Source: the human T2T-CHM13v2.0 reference genome, Homo sapiens. From it: a stretch of DNA of 64,000 bases. The notes under the pieces are model-generated. The model worked only from the letters and a program-made list of their open reading frames with translations. It was not told the DNA's origin and searched no databases. The stretch lies in the NCBI RefSeq assembly GCF_009914755.1, contig NC_060936.1. The stretch is one strand, 5' to 3'. The translations under genes were made by a program, and so were the position numbers. Positions 55,580-64,000 of this stretch are shown in pieces (position 1 is the first letter of the stretch; every line of letters begins with the position of its first letter).

Positions 55580-56420
55580 ATTCATTCATTCATTCACTCA
55601 TGCATGCATGCACGCATTCACTCAAATGTCTCCTGAGCACCCACTGCATGTCAGGCACTCTTCTAGCCATCAAGGTCACACCAATGACCAAAACAAAAAG
55701 TTCCTGCCTCACAGAACTTGTATTTTAGTGGAGGGATAACTGTTATTGAGAAAATAAAGCAGGAAAGTGGAGTAAAAGAAGCCAGAGTGTGGAGTAGTAT
55801 TTCAACTACAGTGGTCAGTGACGCCCTCACTAATAAGACAGCATTTGCATAGAGCCTTGAAGGAGCGGGAGAAGCATTCCAGGCAGAGGAGAGGCTAGGG
55901 CAAAGCCTTGTGCTGGGATACACCTAGTGTGAGCAAGAAATAGGAGGAAGTAGAGTGCCCAAAGGGAGAGTAGTTAGGAGATGAAGCGAGAGAAAAAGTG
56001 GATGGTGGTCAGGACCTGTCTCTTCACAGCCCTGTGGGACACTGTACGAACTTTGATTTTTACTCCAAATGAGATATGAAGCCAAGGGGCTGGGGGTGGT
56101 GGGGGTGAAGCAGATGGCAAAGAAGTGTCAAGATCTGGCTTCAGTTTTCAAAGGATCCCTCTGGATGGGTGCTAAGAACAGATTGCTGGGGGCAAGCGTG
56201 GGGTCCTGACACTTGACGAATATTTTTAGCAACATGGAGGTCATTGGCAACCTGGGTAAGAACCGTTTTTTTGGAACAGCACGGGGAAAAGGCCTGATTG
56301 GTGGGTTGAGAATGTGAAGAAAAGGAGTGGAGACAGTGAATGTGAACAACTCTTCTGAAAGTTTTGTTGTAAAGGGGTTGAAGAAATGGCAAGGCAAGTA
56401 GCTGGGTGGGGAAGTGAGGA
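55580..56420 (-). mobile_element. L2 LINE fragment (approximate)
   Basis: (CATT)n tail then TGAGCACCCACTGCATGTCAGGCACT… and GGAGGTCATTGGCAACC, typical of L2. Confidence 0.65.
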
Positions 56421-58543
56421 CAAGAGTTGTTAGACAAGAAACATTAGAGTACCTTTGTAGGTATCTTCAAAAGAGATAAAACTGACAATGGAGGAGAGAA
56501 AGAACAAATGCTGGACTAGTCCTTGAGGAGCCAGGAAGGGACAGGCTCTAATTCTAGAGTGTGAGTTGGGCACGGGGGTAGGGGGTGGCCTCTGTGACGA
56601 GTATGGGGAGTACATCCACCGTAACAGAGAAGAAGGCAGAGACATGGGCATGGGAGGAAGCTCTTATTGCATGGTTCCAGCTGTGAAACAGGAGCAAGCG
56701 TGAGGATGGAAAAGGAGGAGTCTTTTTTCCAGGACTTAAAGTAGGAGCAGTTGGGAAAGTGAGTTGACTGGGTCGCAGCGCGACTGCAGAATGCACTTGG
56801 GGATCACAGTGGAGAATTTCATCCGTTAACACAAGAGGTGGAGAGGGCAGGCCAGATGACCTCAACGTGCTTAGCAGTTTTGTGATTCTATGACTCTTCT
56901 GGCCAGTGGCCTCTGAACAAACCCACACTTTTGAAGGGCAAGGGAGGGCACAGCCATGGTTAGGCCCTGATCATCATAATGCAGCCATTTATGGAGCACT
57001 TATTGTGGGCCAGGCGCTCCGCTAAGTGTGTTGTAAACTATAGAAAGAGATTTTAGGTGGGGCCTGAGGTGTCACCACCTGGGCAACTGACTTCCAATTC
57101 CACCAGTCTTGCAGAAAACATTAGGAATGTGCCAGGGTTGTTTTCAGTTACCTGCATGAGGTGAGCAGGCAGGCACACAGCCAGGGCCTTCAGAATAAGT
57201 CAGGAGGGACATGGAGGTTATTTCACAAGTCCTGAGAATGGCAAAGTGAGCTGCTCATGCCAGAGGGATCCTCGCTCCGCGCGGAGCTGTGAGTTAGCAC
57301 CCTTGCACATGAGCAAGGACCTTGGGAGACCTGGAAAGTCCCACCGTTTTTTGGAAAGCAGGCTGCATTGTTTCCTGCTTTGTGGCTTCCTGCTTTATGG
57401 GGATGTAGCCATCCCCATACAGAAGCCTCAGTATTTAAAGAAACATATCTGCTTTTGTTTGCATCGCTGCTCTACTGTGATTCCTACTCACATGTATCAT
57501 CTAATTCTCAAAAGAAGCCTGTCAGCTAGGCATGGGAAAATTAAGACTCGGGTTGGTTAAGTCAACTGCCCAAGGTCACACAAGCTAATGAGAGGAAGTG
57601 CTGGGTTTTGAATCAGATCCAGCTTCAAAGTGCATGTTCCTAATCAAGTGCCCTGAAATTGCTTGCGTTTGTACCCAATGTCCTTCGGATGGCAGCCCTT
57701 CTCACCCCGTCACACCCCAGCTGTTGTCCTGATGCCACCACCGTCCCACCCCTACCCTCCCCTGACATTCCCGCTGTCCCCCACCCCCACCTCAGCATTA
57801 TCTCTCCCTTGATTCCTGGTGGTTTCACTGTGAAGGGGAGATCTGCCATAAGGCCTTCCCTCCACCTCTCAGCTTTCATTAGCCATTGGGGCTTAAGCTT
57901 GGTAACCCTGGATCGATGGCACAGAAAGGCCTCAGGCCTTTTGTGATTCTGCACAAATGCTAGCCTCCATTAAAAAGACCCATAAGTATTTGTAGAGAGC
58001 TGCCTTGTCATTCTCCCCTGCTCATTCTCTTTGAATCTACCCTTTCATTTTTTTCTAAATGCAATAGAAAAAAAAGACCCCAAACTTGTCCTTATACGTT
58101 TTGTTCTCTTCCTTTTACTAAAGTCTTCCTAAGAATCAAGACCTTCGCGCAAATGGATTATAGCCTGGTCACCTAAGAACCCCTTTACATGTTCCCTGGC
58201 TCTGGAGGCTGAATCATGTACTGAGCACAATCAATCTGAAACGCATTCAGGTTAAAGCACTTTTCCATTTGGTAGCATCATAGATGCCAGACACAGTGAG
58301 CTTCCCTTGCTTTCACAAAAACAAAAACCTTCATAACATAACTAGGAAGTGATTCAAAACCACTTGCACTTCAAAAATCAGAACCCAAAGTCCTTCTGTT
58401 TCCTCACCATTCCCCAAGAGGTGCTCAGCAGGCAGTGACTTAGAAACTTCATGGGCAACATCAAAAATTCCATCTTTCCCCACACGGGTTTGTCTTTCTG
58501 AGGAGGGGAGGGTGGTGCACATTCCAGACCAGTAAACTTTGAG

Positions 58544-58549
58544 TTTATT
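58544..58549 (-). terminator. CRACR2A: Candidate poly(A) signal of the short CRACR2A isoform
   Basis: First minus-strand AATAAA I found, ~510 nt downstream of the short-isoform stop. Confidence 0.6.
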
Positions 58550-59056
58550 GCTGGGGGTCTTTGAAGGCTGAGAAAGCTTTTTCTTGGTGCTCTGTTTGTG
58601 ATTCATTTACTCATTCAACAAACATGAACAGAACACAGCCGAGTTACGGATTTCCATTCTGGCCCCATCAGAGAGTAGCTGTGTCGCCTGTGGTAAATTA
58701 CTTCTTTCCTCTAATATCAACTTCCCATCAGTAAATTCCTGTGAATGAACTGCCCTACTCACCTAACAGTTTTGCTGACAATGAACGAGATAATATTTCT
58801 AGCATAGATTAAATGCTCATTAAACCCAGCTCTGCTCGCATGAGATCAAGTACCAAGCACAGTCCTGTGAGGGACTCAGAGGAGTGGGGCAGAGCCTCCC
58901 CACCAGGAGGAATAAACTGGATGTGGGCGCATGTGTAAACGGACCAAACATAATAGAGTGGCTACTCGGTGGTCCAAACACTGCACTGGGGACCAAGGGA
59001 ATTGAGGGCACTCTCTCAGCAGGCACGTTTTTCCAGCACGTAGGCAAGGATGACCC

Positions 59057-59126
59057 TCAGACTGGTCCTTCCGACCCCAGGCTTCTGGGAGGTGCTCTCA
59101 GCACAGGCCAGTGCCCACCGACGCAC
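59057..59126 (-). CDS. CRACR2A: CRACR2A short-isoform C-terminal extension ([22 protein letters not shown])
   Basis: In-frame read-through of the donor to TGA at 59057-59059; matches the recalled end of the 395-aa isoform. Confidence 0.9.
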
Positions 59127-59198
59127 CTTAGGAAATCCAGCTGCTTGAGGAGCCCGGCCTTCTCACGCTGTAGACTCTCCGTCACACGGTACACTTCC
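59127..59198 (-). CDS. CRACR2A: CRACR2A shared coiled-coil exon ([24 protein letters not shown])
   Basis: CCTCCTCCTCAG acceptor, AG|GTGCGT donor, 72 nt; upstream exons lie beyond the window. Confidence 0.95.
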
Positions 59199-59569
59199 CT
59201 GAGGAGGAGGCAAACACATGGCAGTGAGCTCCCAGGTGGAAGCCGGATGCCCGGACCCCTCATGCTGGAGACCAGCAGGTGATGCCGTGCTGGGGATGGA
59301 GGGCATTGGAGGAACGTGGCCTCCTCCTGGAGAGCTCCTACAGTATGCAAGTGCTTTGGGCATCACACATGGCCAATTTGGGAGGTGAACTTATCCTCAT
59401 TTCACAGACTCTGACCATCAAAGAAGTCTGCTAAGTCTTTCCAGTTCACACAGACAATCCGCGACTGAACCAGGGTCCCCTCCTAACCCCAGACCCAGCT
59501 CATTCCACAGCCACTTCACATGCCACCTGTGAATAGGCTGGATGGTCACTAAAGAGTTGGTCCAGGCTC

Positions 59570-59853
59570 AAAAACCAAACACCACATGTTCTCACTCATA
59601 GGTGGGAATTGAACAATGAGAACACGGACACAGGAAGGGGAACATCACACACCAGGGACTGTTGTGGGGTGGGGGAAGGGGGGAGGGATAGCATTAGGAG
59701 ATATACCTAATGCTAAATGACGAGTTAATGGGTGCAGCACACCAACATGGCACATGTATACATATGTAACAAACCTGCACGTTGTGCACATGTACCCTAA
59801 AACTTAAAGTATAACAATAATAAGATAAATAAATAAATAAATAAATAAATAAA
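59570..59853 (+). mobile_element. 5'-truncated young L1PA (PA3/PA4-like) 3' end with 19-bp TSD
   Basis: L1 3' UTR (GGGGTGGGGGAAGGGGGGAGGGATAGCATTAGGAGAT…ACCCTAAAACTTAAAGTATAA), (AATA)n tail, TSD AAAGAGTT(G/T)GTCCAGGCTC at 59551-59569 and 59854-59872. Confidence 0.95.
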
Positions 59854-60344
59854 AAAGAGTTTGTCCAGGCTCCAAACTGCCCTATCCTATCCAGACTTCA
59901 GGGAATTCAAATCAATATTCTTCTCCAGCCAGATCTTGAAGGGTGAGAGCAGAATTTGTATTACCTTCCCTCCCATTCTCACCCCACCCAGAGGCTGGTT
60001 CAGTATGTTTTTAGGAGCTCTGGAAGAATCACCTTCTCTTTCCCACCCTCCTCCCAAAGTCTCCAGATATCTGGGCTTTTCACTATTGGGCACTCATTTC
60101 TCTGACTTATGATCCAGCTGTAATGCAGAGATTGAATGTATCTATTATAATCATTGATATCACTGTGCAAACGTGTTAATTATAACAGGAGTTGTGAGGA
60201 AAGGAAGAGAGAGGCAGGGAGGCTGTGAATCAGGGCAACTAGAGGGCAACTCAGGTGGGGAGGTAAGGGCTGTGTCTGGTTTGTTTACATCGATACCCTC
60301 AACACAGTGCCTGGCATGGAGGTGTAATCAGCAAATAGTTGTAG

Positions 60345-60475
60345 GAAGAAAGAAAAGAGAGAGAGTAAAAGAGGTGAGGGGGAGCAAAGAAGGAAGAAAG
60401 GGAGGGAAGGAGGAAGAGAGGAAGGAAGGAATGAAGGAAGGAGAAAAAGGAAGAAAAAAGAGGAAGGAAAGATGG
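60345..60475. repeat. GA-rich purine tract
   Basis: (GGAA/GAAA)n mosaic. Confidence 0.85.
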
Positions 60476-63400
60476 GGTAATTGGGGAGGTCTTCAGCATC
60501 ACTCAGGGAAGAAAGGAAAGAAAAAAATAAGCACTTAGGTGATAATGGGAAACTGGCTTAACTTCACAATTCTGTCTTCATTTTTCCTTCTGTGTTCTAT
60601 ACCATGCTTTAGACATTTTTTAATCACCCTCCGATCTTACTACAAGGGTTCATAGTTTCACGTTTCCAAACTGCAGCACAGCTTTTCATGTAGGGAGCAT
60701 CTCGCAAGTTGATACAGGCGTCACTTTCCATGGGCTGTCAGGGCTGCCAGGCTGTGCACACACTGGGCTGGGCAAGGACCCCACTGCCACCCCATCAGTA
60801 TCATTACTGAGCTGGCAAAAACTGCACCAACATGCTGGCCCACAGGACTCTCCTGCCAAGCTCCTATTAACCTGATTCCTTAAGCACGATGTTTCTTTTT
60901 TTCCCCACTTTATAGAATAATTGCAAAGTTAATTTACAGCAATAACAGGCTGAATGAAATTCTAAGTTCAACTCAGACAATTCCAATTGAGCAACAAACT
61001 TTCTCTGGCTCCTGCAGAGATGCAAATTCCTGACATTTTATTACCAATTATATTTAATTTCAACTTGAAGTAAAACAATGTATTTCCCATTATCCAAACT
61101 GGGTCTCTAAACCCCTGTCTGGGACTCTGCTGTGATGAGTGCTCCGTGAGCAGAGCTGCCCGCTCCCGACTCTGAGCCCTGGGAGCTGAAGATCCTGGTG
61201 CTGTGCTTTAGGGTCCCCCCACCCCACCCTGTGTCCTGCCTCTCTCCAGGGGTGGCCAGGAGCTCACAGCTTTTTCCTCTGCTCAGGAAAATCATTCACC
61301 AGGGACTTAAGGTCTGGGTTCTCACGGAGCGTTTTACCAAATAGCCAGTTCCCAAATTCTAAGTCTTCTCTGGCTCTGCATACACAGCACCAGTGACCAC
61401 TGGAGCTACATATCCATACATATGTATTAGAAATACATGTGAATACAGGTACTGTTCTATTTGTCTAGTAAACATATATCTGCTTGGATATTTGTACATC
61501 CATATATACACACATATATTCAGAAATATATTTTTGTGTCAACAAAAGAAAGGCACTTCTGAAAAAAGAAAGACACTTAGATATTTGACTAAATGACCTC
61601 TAAAGTCCTTCTAACCTAGAGGTTCTAAAAGTGTATACATGGGTAATATGTAAACTGAAAGGGAAAGAACCTGCGTTTGTTTGGAGTGGTAATTGGTGAG
61701 GCGTTTATGGTTACCCTTAGGGAACTGCTATTGGCTGTTTTAGGGGAGGGATGCGCTATGGAGCACTTCACAAGCCATACTGTCAAGTGAAAAATGCAAT
61801 GCTAATGCAGAACAGTATGCTTAGTATGCTACTGATTTATAAAGGAAAAGTGTGTGTGTATGCATGCGTGTGCACGTGTGTGCACGCACATATATGTGCC
61901 TGTGCCTGCATATACAGAGCATACTCTCAAAGGATCCACAAGAAACCATGGCCAGTGGATCTGATGACTGCAGATCGGGGCTATGTGGGGGACACAGACT
62001 TCTTTTTGAACGTATAACCTTTTGTGCCTTTTGAATTTCCTGCCTTGTCATAATTACTTACTCAAAATAAAAGTTAATTAAAAAACAGAGTTGCTGCTTC
62101 TCAGCTGACCTTCATCTTTACATTATCTCTCTGCTTGATAGTTCTTTCTTTATCTCATTTTAAAATCTACTTCTGCTACCTTGAGCATCTTCAGAGATCA
62201 GCAAAATTAATTTTGCCTGTTCAGAATTCTTGCTGATCAGTGACTAAGCCTGTTTACCTCCCAGCTCCACCCTTTCCTCTCCCAGCTGCTCTGCAGTAGC
62301 ACGGGGCAGCAAGACCCTGTCAGAGAGCATGGGACTATCAGGAGAACTGGGCTCTGTCCTTGTTATCCGGCACTAGCTAGCTGCATGGCTTTGGGCAGGT
62401 CACTACACCTCTCTGAGCCTCAGAATCTTCATGTATGAAATGAAGGAAGTGACCCAGAGCATCAAAGCCCTCTCCATCTGCCGGTCTGCAACCCCACTCT
62501 ATGGAGAACAAGCTAATCCTCTTGCTGCACTGCTCTCCTGGCCTCCCTGGACGGGACATGCTCTCCGGGCCCCAGCATGCTCACCGGCTGCACAAGAAAC
62601 TGCAAGCTTCTTGAAAACAAGTTTGTGAAGGTTCTGGAGTCATATTTCTCTCTTCCTCCCAACCCTCCCTCCCTCCCTCTTTTTCAATTCCCAGCCTCCA
62701 GAGATTGTGTCTCTGGCTTGGTTAATTAAGATAAGACTTCAGAAAGCTTTGAATCCTCATGCTGTGATGTGATGCTCCAGCACTGGGTGTTTATTTCCAT
62801 TTGCTGTTCTAATGCTTGTGCCTTCAGATGTTTGTTGCTTTTAGAGCTTGATTGAATTTCAAGAGCCTGCATCCTTAATTCTGTTTGTAAAGCTAAATGC
62901 CTGTACCTTGTTGACCTGTTCTCAATGAGGAGGAACTGATTTTGCTTGTTCACAATGAAATATGTTGTCCTTCCACAATTGGTCATCCAAGAATTGGAAT
63001 GGAGGGGCTTATTTTAAGTCAGCTACTTGGGAGTTTTTTTGTTTTTGCTTTTTTTTTAACTAGGGCTATCTTACTAGGGTGAAATTCCCAGCTCAAACAT
63101 GTCTCCTTCCTTTTACCCCAGGCAATTAGTGCCAAATGGTACAGGATTCCGCACATAAGTCAAACCAGCAGAGCAGTTTTATTTAGGCCTATGGACCAAA
63201 ATCCTGCCAGCAGTCAGACAGAGTGAGCACCTTCACTTTTGAACAAGGGGAGTTAACATCTATAAAACAAGTTCCGGTAAGTAGCACTGCCCTTTTCCCT
63301 AAAATCAGACTTTCAGTACTACCTGGTACCTTTCAGGATCAGACACACAACTACTTTTTTCAGAATAAATGAATGAATGAAGAGTGCATAAACGAATGCG

Positions 63401-63571
63401 TGAGTAAATGATAGCAAGTCCAACTCTTGTAAGAATATTTTCTGCAGGCTTGTTATTCTCTAGGGAAAATCAGCAAGACGTGCCTAACTCTTAGCATCTT
63501 GGGAGAGTTACTTAAACCTCTGAACCTCAGTTTCCTCCTCGATAATAGCAGAACCTGCTATACCAGGATAA

Positions 63572-63865
<294 letters not shown>

Positions 63866-64000
63866 CAGGATGATTTAAAGATCAAACGAGAGGATGTCAA
63901 ATTATCGACATAAGTGAGATATATTGAATGCCCAGCACGGTACCTAGCACAAAATAAATGTTTGCCAAATGAATAAGTCATTGACTATATGGATACATGA

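Larger units (their letters stand above)
54520..56896. repeat. Dispersed direct repeat pair (54520-54634 and 56783-56896), ~91% identical
   Basis: Hand alignment gives ~9 mismatches and 1 gap over 115 nt. Confidence 0.93.

Overview
Human/primate genomic DNA, recognised from the encoded peptides as the PRMT8-CRACR2A locus (chr12p13.32, from recall). Plus strand: the last two coding exons of PRMT8 (2781-2902, 3649-3732), its 3' UTR and an AATAAA at 4502. About 21 kb of repeat-rich convergent intergenic DNA follows. Minus strand: the last ten coding exons of CRACR2A/EFCAB4B (Rab46), from 59198 down to 25894. All ten were reconstructed with GT-AG boundaries and consistent phases, and cover the coiled-coil end, the Pro-rich domain, the Rab GTPase domain G1-G5 and the C-terminal KKKSCCG. 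Read-through of the donor at 59126 gives the short, GTPase-less isoform. Repeats include Alus, L1s, L2/MIR, solo LTRs (MST and LTR10-type, both with TSDs), DNA transposons and microsatellites. The most notable unexplained signals are: (1) a textbook minus-strand 3' splice site ~1 kb past the last exon, in frame with an alternative non-prenylated C-terminus; (2) a ~115-bp templated duplication dropped into a (TA)n tract, creating direct repeats around a 46-nt exon; (3) a CAG/TAG tandem acceptor; (4) a 74-nt hairpin mini-intron; (5) inverted Alus around a 107-nt exon; (6) a 65-bp tandem duplication within a GATA/ETS/E-box/RUNX cluster. No prokaryotic features, structural RNA genes or CRISPR arrays were seen.
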